Shown: positions 1 to 10,409, counted from the stretch's first letter. The stretch: DNA of 64,000 nucleotides from Desulfovibrio sp. (GCA_024699605.1 JAILPJ010000071.1:6882-70881); one strand, 5' to 3'. The notes: generated from the letters alone by a model not told the origin. Numbers and translations are program-made.

Positions 1-388
1 TTATCGCATCGCGCATGACTGGAAACTCGATTACGTGGATGAAGCCCTGACGCTCTGGCGCATTCATGGTGGCAACACCACGTTTAAACATTTTGGGCAA
101 TTTGCCGACGAAACGCTTTATATCCTGCAAAAGCAACGCGCGCTCTATCCAAACTACGATCACGACTACGCAGATCTCGTCCGGCTGCTCACCCGACGCG
201 CCAATTTTCAGAAAGCCATCGACCTCTGGCACCACAACCACGCCGCTCAGGCCAGAGAACTGTTGCGGGCCATCAAAGAACCGAGCCTCAAACATCGGCT
301 CTTTTTCTTCGTGAGCTTTTTACCAGGTTCTTGCTTTGACCTTCTTGCCAGAATCTATTTTTCTCTACCAGCCTCTCTACGCCGCTAA
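1..388 (+). CDS. C-terminal part of a probable glycosyltransferase (GT2-like), 5' truncated by the window edge
   Basis: Frame is open from base 2 (YRIAHDWKLDYVDEALTLWRIHGGNTT). The 'L..YRIH..N.T' pattern resembles the GT2 C-terminal region. Only a fragment is visible. Confidence 0.5.
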   Translation, partial: YRIAHDWKLDYVDEALTLWRIHGGNTTFKHFGQFADETLYILQKQRALYPNYDHDYADLVRLLTRRANFQKAIDLWHHNHAAQARELLRAIKEPSLKHRLFFFVSFLPGSCFDLLARIYFSLPASLRR

Positions 389-978
389 AGCAGTGCAGCG
401 CCTACAACGCGGACTTCAGGGAGTGTACCATTAAGTACAGAAAGATACGATGTCCAGCGTTCTCCCTCCTGCAGAGCCTCCCACGCCAAATCGCGCAGTG
501 CCACATAACAGTCTGAGAGATCCTGCTGATCGGTATTGATGATCAGATCGGCTTCTTGGGGTTCATCAAAGGCATCGGAAACACCCGTAAAATTGGCCAT
601 TTTGCCCTGTGCGGCACGGGCATAAAACCCCTTGGTATCTCTTTTGACCAAGGTCTCTAGTCCGCAGCGAACCCAAACTTCCTTATAAAGAGGAATGCAT
701 TCGCGATTGAGTTGTCGCATGCAGGCATAGGGGGTGATGGCTGAAACCACACAGACTTTACCCTGATCGTGCAGTTCGAGCACGTATTCGCGCATCGCAT
801 CAATATTCTGGATACGATCTTCGCGACTAAAACCGTGGAAACCGTGCTGAATACGAAAGCGATCAGCATCCACAAATTCAGCGTCATAATCCTGCGATTG
901 TAAATAAAGACGCAATAACGATCCTAACGTTGTCTTGCCACTGCCTGATAAGCCGAGTAACCAAATAACAGGTGTCAT
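385..978 (-). CDS. cysC: Adenylyl-sulfate (APS) kinase
   Basis: VIWLLGLSGSGKTT P-loop, DAD/FSREDRIQNI, VSAITPY, RDTKGFY and FTGVSDAFDEP match APS kinase. GAGG RBS upstream. Confidence 0.9.
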   Translation of the reverse strand: MTPVIWLLGLSGSGKTTLGSLLRLYLQSQDYDAEFVDADRFRIQHGFHGFSREDRIQNIDAMREYVLELHDQGKVCVVSAITPYACMRQLNRECIPLYKEVWVRCGLETLVKRDTKGFYARAAQGKMANFTGVSDAFDEPQEADLIINTDQQDLSDCYVALRDLAWEALQEGERWTSYLSVLNGTLPEVRVVGAALL

Positions 979-1150
979 GCTATCCTCGCTTTGCTTTGCT
1001 GTAACGCCACATTGACGTTACAAGCCAAGTAAGCAAATTCTGTTCCAAAAGCCTGGGAAGCCTGCGCGGGCAAGGGATGCTCCCCATCCGTCAAAATGCT
1101 GACTAAGATTTGGACTGAACACGAGCATAGCCGGACATGATGTCACGTTC

Positions 1151-1570
1151 TCAGCACGGGCGGCTTTCTTCTGAATTTTTCAGCACATCTTCAAGGGTAA
1201 TGGAATCAAGCGTTTTGTTCAAAGAGGCCTGAAGATTGCCCCAGACACCGTGCATGGCACAGTCTGAATAGCGCTCGCAGGAGTCAGGGCAACTCAAACA
1301 CGAGCTCAATTCCATCCCCCCCTCCATGATCGTAAGAATCGTACCGATGGAGACCTCCTTCGGCGTACGCAAAAGCACATGTCCGCCCTTGGCCCCGCGT
1401 ACACTATCGGTGATGCCTGCAAGGCGGAGCTGACGTAAAATTTGTTCAATAAATTGGGCGCTGATACCTGTTTTGGCCGAAAGAAAACTTGAAGAAACGG
1501 GATTGCTATCATGCTGCGCCATACAGAACAGGATGCGAGCAGCGTATCGTGTCTTGGCAGAAAGCTTCAT
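1151..1570 (-). CDS. Rrf2-family transcriptional regulator with Cys cluster
   Basis: MKLSAKTRYAARIL N-terminus, SVRGAKGGHVL wing and CxxCxxxCxxxxxC. Start re-picked at 1570 rather than the ORF-track 1627. Confidence 0.9.
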   Translation of the reverse strand: MKLSAKTRYAARILFCMAQHDSNPVSSSFLSAKTGISAQFIEQILRQLRLAGITDSVRGAKGGHVLLRTPKEVSIGTILTIMEGGMELSSCLSCPDSCERYSDCAMHGVWGNLQASLNKTLDSITLEDVLKNSEESRPC

Positions 1571-1625
1571 TATACCTTTTTCAGCGTGGAAACCCCGGAC
1601 TATGCGGGGAGGATACGCTGCCTCC
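1571..1625 (-). promoter_or_regulatory. Structured 5'UTR element, copy 1 (upstream of rrf2)
   Basis: Minus strand: GGAGG CAGCGT ATCCT CCCCG-catagtc-CGGGG TTTCC ACGCTG AAAAAGGTATA ATG. GGAGG is 50 nt from the ATG. Confidence 0.8.
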
Positions 1626-1938
1626 AAATATCACCTTAATTCTTATCGCTCAGAGAAACAAATGTGCGCTGTGATCCTCAACGGATGACAAAAACGATTC
1701 TTTTCTGACTAACGACTGCACACAAGCATAGAGCTTTTCTCTAACCGCTCAAGGTGTACCATGGAGAGCGTATTTGATCTAGATCTTTTGTTTTTTGGCA
1801 AATGCGCTTGTGCAAAAAAAACTGAAATATCAGTACGTTGGCGGCACAAAAAAACTTTGTTCAGGGACCTGGCCGAACCTTTTCCACAAGACTTGGACAA
1901 AGACGCCCTTGTGCCCACCGTGATGCAAGGAAGATGAC

Positions 1939-1969
1939 AAAGGCCGTGTCGAAATACGACACGGCCTTT
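1939..1969. terminator. Intrinsic terminator hairpin downstream of hmcF
   Basis: AAAGGCCGTGTCG-aaata-CGACACGGCCTTT, a perfect 13-bp inverted repeat 57 nt past the hmcF stop. Confidence 0.75.
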
Positions 1970-2025
1970 GTTTATGGTAGGCGATTAGCGCAAAACTTGG
2001 CTTTTGCCAAAGTGAGCACTAAAGC

Positions 2026-3411
2026 TTAGGACTCAACATGTTCAATATTCGGAGGAATTTCCATCATATTAATGAGCAGCGGCTTGAGGAAGCTCCACTT
2101 GATATTGTGCTCTTCATAGACTTCCATCATATCACGAATAGCATCCCAGCAGTTATGGCAGGGAGTAACAACCATTTCAGCGCCTGTGGCACGGATTTGA
2201 TCGAGCTTATTCTTCAGCCCAATATTGCGCTCCTTGCGATAACGGCCAATGCCGTTCATACCGCCACCGCCACCGCAGCAGAAATTATGCTCATTGTTCG
2301 GATCCATTTCACGGAAGTCCTCGGCAATATACGACATAATTTCGCGCGTATAGCGGCCCAGCCCATCATTACGAACATAGTTACAAGCGTCCTGCAATGT
2401 GCAGGGCATCTTAAGCTTTTTCTCGGGATTGATCTTCAGCTTACCCGTACGCAAAACATGGGCGACCCATTCCACATAGTGCATAAAGGGCACCGGCGGA
2501 TCTCCGCTTTCACGTCCTGCCCAGTACGGACCTTCAACAACTGTGGCTCTGTGAGCATGACCACATTCCGTACCTACGACAACTTTTGGCTTCAGACGTT
2601 CCACGGCTTCGTAGATACGCTTGATATTCATGGCACAGCCTTCAAAGTCGCCAGCGAACATGGTTAAGGACGTATTCTCCCAGCCCACACGGGGAACCGT
2701 CCAGTTGGTGCCGGTAACATGGAAGAGAATGGCTGCCTGAGCCAGATCTTCAGGATAGTGCTTGGGCTCACGAGCATTACAGATGTACATGACATCGGCG
2801 CCGACCTTTTCCACGGGAATCTCAAGGCCAGGCCATTCATCGGAATTCTCGTCTGCCATCCATTCACAGGTATCGACCCAGTCTTCCTCTGTGACATCCA
2901 TCTGGGCTCCGTAAACACGGTGCATGCCAGAGCCGATCTTCATCTCCCAAGGAGTGAAGCCCTGCTTGAAGAGGACGCCACGCAAATAGCTGAACATGAC
3001 ACCGGTATCAATGCCGTGCGGACAGTACATGCCACAGCGATTACAGCAGGTACACTGACCCCAAGCGACATCCATGCAGTGCATCATAAATTCAGCATCC
3101 ACTCGACCGTTGCGCTTCAGCAGCTCACCCAGAGTCGACTGAATCTTGTAGGAGGGAATCTGTTTGGGATCGTTATTATTGGTCTTGTAGAAAAAGCAGC
3201 TGTCAGCACACATGCCACAATGCGCACAAATATTTAACCATGTGCGCGTACGGGATTTACAGGTCGATTGTAAATCATAAGCCAAGGCATCTTGATTGAC
3301 CTTGAGCTGACGCATTTGCTTATAGTATTCGGCACCGCCTTTATCGGCCAAAAGCTCGTGAATCGCTTCCTTGGTGGTCAAGGGTGCCGGAGAGCACAAA
3401 ATCTGAGACAT
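2026..3411 (-). CDS. hmcF: HmcF-like cytoplasmic Fe-S protein (HdrD/DsrK family, CCG domains)
   Basis: [11 protein letters not shown] and [14 protein letters not shown] ferredoxin motifs, [18 protein letters not shown] and PCHNC. Strong resemblance to Desulfovibrio HmcF. AAGGAG RBS before MSQIL. Confidence 0.88.
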   Translation of the reverse strand: MSQILCSPAPLTTKEAIHELLADKGGAEYYKQMRQLKVNQDALAYDLQSTCKSRTRTWLNICAHCGMCADSCFFYKTNNNDPKQIPSYKIQSTLGELLKRNGRVDAEFMMHCMDVAWGQCTCCNRCGMYCPHGIDTGVMFSYLRGVLFKQGFTPWEMKIGSGMHRVYGAQMDVTEEDWVDTCEWMADENSDEWPGLEIPVEKVGADVMYICNAREPKHYPEDLAQAAILFHVTGTNWTVPRVGWENTSLTMFAGDFEGCAMNIKRIYEAVERLKPKVVVGTECGHAHRATVVEGPYWAGRESGDPPVPFMHYVEWVAHVLRTGKLKINPEKKLKMPCTLQDACNYVRNDGLGRYTREIMSYIAEDFREMDPNNEHNFCCGGGGGMNGIGRYRKERNIGLKNKLDQIRATGAEMVVTPCHNCWDAIRDMMEVYEEHNIKWSFLKPLLINMMEIPPNIEHVES

Positions 3412-3450
3412 GATGAACTCCTTGCAAGAAGCCAAAAAGACCGTTTGACC

Positions 3451-4137
3451 TTACCAGGGGAAGACACCACCGCGGGCGCGACCGCCACGCTTAATGGCAT
3501 AATCCATACCCAGCTGAGCCCGGGACATGAAGAAAAGGACAATGTGAGCGAGCTTGGTGAAGGGGGCGAGGACCAAAAAGAGTTCGCCTGTGATCACATG
3601 TAAAAGCAGCCAGGTATCGTAGGCATTCGCATCAAACTTGCACATCAGACCTGTGAAAAAGGGCATGAAGGTCAAAAGCAGGACCAACCAGTCCTTCCAG
3701 GTATTCAACTGACGCAAGACAGGAGAAAAAAGACGGCGCAGCACCAGAAGACCTAAACCGGCCAGACTGGCAATGCAAAGGATATCAGCCACGTTGGGCG
3801 GCAGAGAAGGCAAGGAGATCCCTGTGGTCTCTTCAAGAAGCACCGTGTGCCCGAGCAGGAAAAGAGGAATCAAGACGGCACCGAAGTGCAGCAGGAAAAA
3901 AGCCAGCATAGCCACAGGCTGAGCACGCCAGCCAGCGGTTCCACCGGGCAGAAGCCATTTACCAATGGAAGCCAAGGCTCCCGATACAGAACGATCCCTG
4001 TGGTAGGCGTAGGCGACCCGTTCAAGCCGCCAGTCGAGACCACGCACATACCAGACCGCACGCGCCAGGAGACCAACAACAAAAATAAGCAATGAAGCCA
4101 CAAAACATGGGCCTGAAAGTGTTTGCAACATGAGCAT
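3451..4137 (-). CDS. hmcE: HmcE-like membrane cytochrome b (NarI family)
   Basis: YVRGLDWRLERVAY, FFLLH, GHTVLL, LLHVITGELFLVLAPFTKLAHIVLFFMSRAQLGMDYAIKRGG match HmcE. His heme ligands present. Confidence 0.88.
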   Translation of the reverse strand: MLMLQTLSGPCFVASLLIFVVGLLARAVWYVRGLDWRLERVAYAYHRDRSVSGALASIGKWLLPGGTAGWRAQPVAMLAFFLLHFGAVLIPLFLLGHTVLLEETTGISLPSLPPNVADILCIASLAGLGLLVLRRLFSPVLRQLNTWKDWLVLLLTFMPFFTGLMCKFDANAYDTWLLLHVITGELFLVLAPFTKLAHIVLFFMSRAQLGMDYAIKRGGRARGGVFPW

Positions 4138-4156
4138 TCATCTCCTCAAGGCAGAG

Positions 4157-4558
4157 TTACTTGTTGTTCGCTCCAAGCGAGGCGGCCTCGACATGACAAG
4201 CACGACACTGCACCAAAGCCGGCCCTTGACCGCTCTTGCTGTGACAGCCGGTACAGGACTGGTGCAAATACGAAACCTGATTTCCCGCCTTCTGCAGACG
4301 GGCATCAGAAAACGCCGTAGACAAACCTTGCTTGGTCACTCTGTGGCAACGTGAGCAGTCACTGCCATGTTCATCCACATAGTTGACATGTTTTGTGTGA
4401 TTAAAAATGACCTTGGGCAGAGAGGGATTGGCGATAGCTGGAAAAGAAACCGTCAATATTTCGTCACTCTCAGCACTCTGGGAAGAAGTGGCAACCAATA
4501 CCAATAGGAGGAGACTACAGCAGAAGGCGCATGCGCTCCTCAGCGTGATGATGGGCAT
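4157..4558 (-). CDS. Exported triheme cytochrome c resembling the N-terminal domain of HmcA
   Basis: Signal peptide, LPKVIFNHTKH, and three CxxCH motifs (CSRCH, CTGCH, CRACH). GAGGA RBS before MPIIT. Confidence 0.85.
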   Translation of the reverse strand: MPIITLRSACAFCCSLLLLVLVATSSQSAESDEILTVSFPAIANPSLPKVIFNHTKHVNYVDEHGSDCSRCHRVTKQGLSTAFSDARLQKAGNQVSYLHQSCTGCHSKSGQGPALVQCRACHVEAASLGANNK

Positions 4559-5215
4559 AAAGTATCCTCGGAACGGGCGCAGACCCGTCAGCATGTCAGA
4601 AAAGGTCTGAAAGAACACCGAGCAAGATCGCACGTTGCAGCGACTCTCGATCCGTACAACGTGTAGGCAAAGCCCCCGACATTACGAAAAATCGTACACA
4701 AGAAGAGACGTGATCTTACGCGCGCCAAACAAACCATCTGGTTTCGCCGTCTGCTACGGCTTCTGCGAGGCGCAGAACACGAATGTCACTTACCGCGGAT
4801 AGCAAAACCCACGGCAGTACATGGGTACTCTTGGGCCGATATCTAGTCTACTCACTTTTGAGTCGGTACACCTCCTGCGGTTTGGCTGACTAGGAGTAAA
4901 GCCGGCAACAACTCCACATATCTAAAAAACATTGAGAGCAGACTACTGAGTACGAAAAAAGTCCCATATAATGATGCTTGTGTCAATCACATTTTCAAAA
5001 TTTGTCGTAAACTCTTTGCTCTGGACCAGAGTTTATGCCTTCCCAGCGTAAAAAATTGTCTGTGCAAGGACGAACTTAGGGCGCTGACCAAGCGCATTGA
5101 GCCACAAAGGACACGGGCGCTGTAGCCAACGGCGTCTTGGACTCAATCTGCCCTTATGCTAAAAAGAACTGTTGCTTGTGTACGTCACAGAAAACCTTCC
5201 AAGGCAAGGACAGTT

Positions 5216-6010
5216 ATGCTGCAAGAACACTTCACCCAACAGGGACAGGTAGTACTCATCGCCGGCGGCGGACGCATCTATACCGATATTGCAGCCCGCT
5301 TTGTGGCCAGCGAACGTTCTCTTGAAGATATTGTCGCTTCACCCTATTCCAAAAAAATCGTGCAAAACATTTTAAACAGCGGGCACCGCGCAGCACTTGA
5401 ATTTGACTATTTTCTTTTTGGTGTGGCCGGCTATTCTCGCGTTACAGAAACACAACTGGTACGGAAACGCTTGGCCTCCTACCTGATCAAATCAGGACGA
5501 GCTGAACTTGGCGGCAAAAGACAATTCTCCGTGGTTTATCCCAAAAGCATTGCCGAATTCTCCGCTGAGGTGACCTTGCCCGACGGTCACAAAGCCACGC
5601 TTTCAGGTCGAGATCTCGCTGAACTGACAAGTCAGTGGTATGACGCAGGTCTTGCCCAGGGACTGCCTGAAGAGGATCTCCGTTACCTCAAGCCTCAAGC
5701 CACTGAATTCAAGGCGATTATCGGCATGAATGCCCATGCCCTGCTCGACTGGTTTTCCATCCGCTGCTGCCGCAATGCCCAGCATGAAATTCGCGACTTG
5801 GCCTGGAAAATGCTCCGCCTCTGCAAAAAGGCCGCACCTGACCTGTTTGAGGGAGCCGGCCCCAACTGCGTACAACTGGGGTACTGTCCGGAAAACAGCA
5901 GACAAAATAAAGCCTGCCAGGGGCATATTCCCACCCGCGAGCAGGCCTTAACCTTGCTTAAGCAACATTGTACGCCTGAGATGCTTGAGAAAAACCGTCA
6001 GGGCTTTTGA
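5216..6010 (+). CDS. thyX: FAD-dependent thymidylate synthase (variant motif)
   Basis: GHRAALEF, GYSRVTETQLVRKRLASYLIKSGR, MNAHALLDWFSIRCCRNAQHEIR and GPNCVQLGYCPE. AAGGA RBS before MLQEH. Confidence 0.85.
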   Translation: MLQEHFTQQGQVVLIAGGGRIYTDIAARFVASERSLEDIVASPYSKKIVQNILNSGHRAALEFDYFLFGVAGYSRVTETQLVRKRLASYLIKSGRAELGGKRQFSVVYPKSIAEFSAEVTLPDGHKATLSGRDLAELTSQWYDAGLAQGLPEEDLRYLKPQATEFKAIIGMNAHALLDWFSIRCCRNAQHEIRDLAWKMLRLCKKAAPDLFEGAGPNCVQLGYCPENSRQNKACQGHIPTREQALTLLKQHCTPEMLEKNRQGF

Positions 6011-6042
6011 AAAAACGTCCCAAGACAGAAGAGTACAAACGC

Positions 6043-6086
6043 AAAGTCCGCAAGCCTTGTCCTGATCAGGCGTTGCGGACTTTTTT
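6043..6086. terminator. Bidirectional terminator between convergent thyX and RND permease
   Basis: AAAGTCCGCAA-GCC...GGC-G-TTGCGGACTTTTTT. Confidence 0.75.
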
Positions 6087-6107
6087 GTCTGTTTAGCTCA
6101 GCTGCCA

Positions 6108-9100
6108 TTACGCAGGGGATTTGGGAACAGCAGACGTTTTTCGAGAAAAAATTTCACAAATACAGACAAAGAAGACCGGAATAAAGAAAATACCCAAACA
6201 GGTGGCCAAAAACGTACCGCCAATAATCCCTGTGCCAATGGCATGCTGACTGTTGGCTCCGGCACCATGACTTAAGGCCAGCGGCATAACTCCAAGTAAA
6301 AAAGCCATGGAAGTCATGATAATGGGCCTGAACCGCAAGCGTGCGGCTTCAAGGGCTGCATCGCGAAAGGATCTTCCCTCACGCGCCAGCGAGCGCGCAA
6401 ATTCCACAATGAGGATGGCATTCTTGGCGGAAAGCCCAATGACGGCAAGCATACCCACCTGAAAATAAATATCATTGTACAGGCCGCGCAGACTGCTCAG
6501 AGCCACGGCGCCCAAGACACCAACCGGCACGACAAGAATAACGGCAAAAGGAATGACCCAGCTCTCGTACAGAGCCGCTAGGCAGAGAAAAACCGTGAGA
6601 ATGGAAAGCGCGTAAAGGAGACCTGAACGGCCACTTGCGGACTTCTCCTGATAGCTCAAGCCCGTCCACTCAAGACCAATGCCATGGGGCAATTCGCCAA
6701 CCAGACGGACAAGTTCGTCCATGGCTGTGCCAGAACTCACGCCAGCAGCCGGCGACGCTTCAATAATGGTAGACTGAACGCCATTAAAGCGTTCCAGTTG
6801 GCGCGGGCCGTATGTCCAGCTGAGCTTCGCAAAGGCGTCAAGCGGCACCATACGCCCCTTACTGTTACGGAAATACCAATGACGCAAATCTTCAATAGTC
6901 ATGCGATACGGCGCGTCTCCCTGCACATAAACGCGTTTGACACGTCCTCTGTCCACAAAATCATTGACATATTCGCCGCCTAACGCCGCGGTCAGATCTC
7001 GGTTCACCTGATCTGAATTGAGACTGAAAACGCCCACTTTGTGGTCATCAATATCAAGGCGCAGCTGGTTGACGTCTTCCAGAGACGATGTTCGCAGATT
7101 AAAAAGCAGAGGACTTTGCCGACCACGCCTGAGCAATTCTTCGCGAGCAGCAATCAAGGCATCATAACCAAGGCCACCCTGATCTTCGAGCTGCATGGAA
7201 ATGCCAGAGGACAAACCAAGACCAGAGACCTGGGGCGGCATAAAAAAGACAATGCGGGCCCCGGCATGATCGAGGAACCGTTCTCTGGCTCTCGCCACAA
7301 TGGCTCCTGCGCTCTGTTCGTCCAAAGGCCGCTCGTCCCAAAGCTTAAGTTTGACATAGCCTGAAATGACATTTTGTCCCAAACTGCCATAAGGACCGAG
7401 TCCTAAGGTGCTGGACACTGAAACAATATTACGACCTTCATCGTTCAGAAAAAAATCTTCCACTTCTTTGACAATGGCCAGAGAAGATTCACGGGTGCCG
7501 CCAGGCGGCATAAAAATCGTATAGTGCAGGCGTCCCTGATCCTCAACGGGCAAAAAAGAACTGGGCATACTCCGCAGGGCTACAATGGTCACAACGCAGA
7601 GCAAAAGGTAAAGGAGCATGATCCGGCCCTTGTGATTGAGCCAGATCTGCTCAAAATGCAGGAATTTCTTTGAGCAGGCATCAAAGAGGCGATTGAACTG
7701 CTGAAAAAAATGCAGTTCTCGCCCATGCCCTTGATGAGCAAGCAAGAGCTTGGAGCAGAGCGGGGGCGTAATGACAATAGCCACAAAGACGGAAAGCAGC
7801 ATGGAGGCGATGATCGTCAGGGCAAATTCCCGGTAGATGGCACCGGTAATGCCTGAAAAAAAGACCATCGGCAGAAAAACCGCGCTGAGCACCACTGCCA
7901 CACCGATCAAGGCGCCTGTTATCTGCTGCATGGATTTGATGATGGCGGCATGAGGATCGAGATGTTCGGTGTGAATGATGCGCTCAGTATTCTCGACAAC
8001 CACAATGGCATCATCCACAAGCAGACCAATAGCCAAAACAAGACCGAACATGCTCAAGGTATTGATCGAGGACCCCATAACCGCCATGACGGCCATGGTG
8101 CCAGTGAGCACAATGGGGACAGCAAGGGTCGGGATCAGTGTAGCCCGCCAATTCTGAATAAAAAGCAGCATAACCGCCGCCACAAGAGCAATGGCCTCCA
8201 AAAGCGTACACAGCACATTGTGAATCGACTGACGCACAAAGGGCACTGAATCAAAGGAGACCTGGCAGGTCAGTCCAGGCGGGAAAAAATTCTCCATGCG
8301 TTCCATAAACGCCTGCACGCGGTCCGCGGTTTCCACGGCATTGGCGCCTTCAGCCAGCTGAATACCCACGGAAACCGCGGGTTTGCCATTAAAGCGGGAG
8401 GTCAAAATATAGGTCTGCAGCCCCATTTCCACACGTGCCACATCGCGGATTCGAACCACGGATCCGTCTTCATTGACATGCACGACAATGGCAGCAAATT
8501 GGTCAATATTTTCCAGTTTGGACCGGGAAATGAGGGTGACGTTGATCTCCTGACCAGGCGTTGCTGGCAAACCACCGATCTGTCCCACGGAAATCTGCTC
8601 GTTTTGAGACTCTACGGCTTTGACAACATCACTGGGAGTTAAGGAAAACGATCGCAGCTTATGGGGATCAAGCCAGATACGCATGGCGTATGGCGAGCCA
8701 AAGAGCGTAGCATCACCGACCCCGTCCACACGACAGAGTGGGTCCAAGAGCACGGAAGCGACAAAGTCACCTATCTCTTCAGCGGGAAGGCGACCTGTGC
8801 TGTCGAGGAAAGCATAAAAATTCAGGAAGGTGTCAGAAATTTTGCGGACCCGAATACCCTGATTTTTGACGGTTTCGGGCAAAAGCGGCAGGGCGAGCTG
8901 CAAACGGTTCTGCACCTGCATCTGCGCCATGTCCGGATCGACTTCCGGCGCAAAGGTCAGGCGCATACGCATACGGCCTTCAGAACTGCTGGTGGTGGAA
9001 ATATAGAGCAGGTCATCAAGCCCAGTCATTCGCTGTTCAATGACCTGCGCGATGGAATCCTGCATGGTACGGGCCGAGGCACCGCTGTAATCGACGATCA

Positions 9101-9233
9101 AAGAAATGCTGGGCGGGGTCATGTGTGGGAACTGAGCCACCGGCATGGAGACACCAGCAATCATCCCCACCATCACAATCAGGATGGCAATGACACTGGC
9201 AAAAACAGGGCGATCAATAAAAAAATGGGACAT
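6108..9233 (-). CDS. RND efflux permease (AcrB/MexB HAE1 family)
   Basis: MSHFFIDRPVFA start, VDDAIVVVEN, KNAILIVEF and RFRPIIMT proton-relay motifs; 1041 aa. Confidence 0.93.
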   Translation of the reverse strand: MSHFFIDRPVFASVIAILIVMVGMIAGVSMPVAQFPHMTPPSISLIVDYSGASARTMQDSIAQVIEQRMTGLDDLLYISTTSSSEGRMRMRLTFAPEVDPDMAQMQVQNRLQLALPLLPETVKNQGIRVRKISDTFLNFYAFLDSTGRLPAEEIGDFVASVLLDPLCRVDGVGDATLFGSPYAMRIWLDPHKLRSFSLTPSDVVKAVESQNEQISVGQIGGLPATPGQEINVTLISRSKLENIDQFAAIVVHVNEDGSVVRIRDVARVEMGLQTYILTSRFNGKPAVSVGIQLAEGANAVETADRVQAFMERMENFFPPGLTCQVSFDSVPFVRQSIHNVLCTLLEAIALVAAVMLLFIQNWRATLIPTLAVPIVLTGTMAVMAVMGSSINTLSMFGLVLAIGLLVDDAIVVVENTERIIHTEHLDPHAAIIKSMQQITGALIGVAVVLSAVFLPMVFFSGITGAIYREFALTIIASMLLSVFVAIVITPPLCSKLLLAHQGHGRELHFFQQFNRLFDACSKKFLHFEQIWLNHKGRIMLLYLLLCVVTIVALRSMPSSFLPVEDQGRLHYTIFMPPGGTRESSLAIVKEVEDFFLNDEGRNIVSVSSTLGLGPYGSLGQNVISGYVKLKLWDERPLDEQSAGAIVARARERFLDHAGARIVFFMPPQVSGLGLSSGISMQLEDQGGLGYDALIAAREELLRRGRQSPLLFNLRTSSLEDVNQLRLDIDDHKVGVFSLNSDQVNRDLTAALGGEYVNDFVDRGRVKRVYVQGDAPYRMTIEDLRHWYFRNSKGRMVPLDAFAKLSWTYGPRQLERFNGVQSTIIEASPAAGVSSGTAMDELVRLVGELPHGIGLEWTGLSYQEKSASGRSGLLYALSILTVFLCLAALYESWVIPFAVILVVPVGVLGAVALSSLRGLYNDIYFQVGMLAVIGLSAKNAILIVEFARSLAREGRSFRDAALEAARLRFRPIIMTSMAFLLGVMPLALSHGAGANSQHAIGTGIIGGTFLATCLGIFFIPVFFVCICEIFSRKTSAVPKSPA

Positions 9234-9236
9234 AGG

Positions 9237-10409
9237 CTACTGTTGTCCCTTAGCCTGTCCCAAACTCACAGGATGTGTCTGCACCTGATCACCTTCCTTA
9301 AGTTGACGAAGTCCTTCCACGATCAGTTGTTCTCCCTCAACCAGTCCTTCGGAGATGATGATTTTCCGCCCACTCCGTTCTGCGGTACGCACTATCCTCT
9401 GTTGCACTCTGTTTTCAGCATCCACAACAAAAACACTCGTCTGACCGCGTGCTGATCTAAGCACACAGCTTTCAGGCACAAGCACAGCTTTTTCTTCCAC
9501 TCCCTCGTGCACAAAAGCTTTCACATAAAGACCGGGTAGAAGTGTGCCGTCAGGATTGGGAAAAACAGCGCGCAAGAGCACCATACCGGTACTTTCGTCC
9601 ACGGAAATATCGGCGAACTGCAGCTTGCCGGTCAGGGGATAGGTGTGGCTGTCATCGAGAACCAGGCGCACGCTCGTCTGACCTGGGGTATCCTGCTTGA
9701 TCTGCCCACTCAGATAACGTTCCCGCACACGTAAAAGATCAAGACTGGAGCGCGTCATGTCCACATAGACGGGATCCAGCTGTTGGATCACAGCCAGAGG
9801 TTCAGTCTGATTGGCGGTCACCAACGCGCCCTGAGTCATATGCGACTTCCCGATACGACCGGTGATCGGCGCCAAAACATCAGTATAGCGCAAACGAATT
9901 TCCGCCGTCAGCAGCGCCGCCGCACAGACTTCCACATCGGCCTTGGCCTGTAGATATTCGGCCTCGGCATCTTCCACGGCCTGCTGACTCACAGCATGGG
10001 AACCCAGAAGGGCACGTCTGCGGCTTCTGCGCAGCTCACACTGCGTCAAAGCCGCTCGCGCTCGCGCCAAGGCGGCCTTGGCGCTGGCAACTTCGGCCTC
10101 ATAGGTCGCAGGATCAATCTTGTAGAGGGATTGTCCCTCATGGACCAAAGAACCCTCGGAAAAGAGCTGCTTCTGTAAAATGCCACCCACCTGAGGTCGC
10201 ACTTCCGCTTTGCGATAGGCGCTTACGCGGCCGGATAATTCCACAGTGAGGGAAACATTTTCCGTGCAGACTTTCTGCACCCCCACATCCCGAATTTTTT
10301 TGGCTTCCTTGACGTGCTGCTGCTCACAGCCCGAAAGCCCTGTACAAAGGAGGCAAACGGCAAGGCAACAAAAAAAATGCGCCAATGGCAAAAAGACGGG
10401 CCCAAACAT
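9237..10409 (-). CDS. RND membrane-fusion lipoprotein (AcrA family)
   Basis: LSGC lipobox, AEVRPQVGGIL, APITGRIG, DPVYVDM. AAGGAG RBS before MFGPV. Confidence 0.92.
   Translation of the reverse strand: MFGPVFLPLAHFFCCLAVCLLCTGLSGCEQQHVKEAKKIRDVGVQKVCTENVSLTVELSGRVSAYRKAEVRPQVGGILQKQLFSEGSLVHEGQSLYKIDPATYEAEVASAKAALARARAALTQCELRRSRRRALLGSHAVSQQAVEDAEAEYLQAKADVEVCAAALLTAEIRLRYTDVLAPITGRIGKSHMTQGALVTANQTEPLAVIQQLDPVYVDMTRSSLDLLRVRERYLSGQIKQDTPGQTSVRLVLDDSHTYPLTGKLQFADISVDESTGMVLLRAVFPNPDGTLLPGLYVKAFVHEGVEEKAVLVPESCVLRSARGQTSVFVVDAENRVQQRIVRTAERSGRKIIISEGLVEGEQLIVEGLRQLKEGDQVQTHPVSLGQAKGQQ

Noticed and set aside
1095-1120. IscR/Rrf2-like half site (CTGACTAAGATTTGGAC) between rrf2 and cysC
   Set aside because: Only one half resembles the motif, which is too weak to call.
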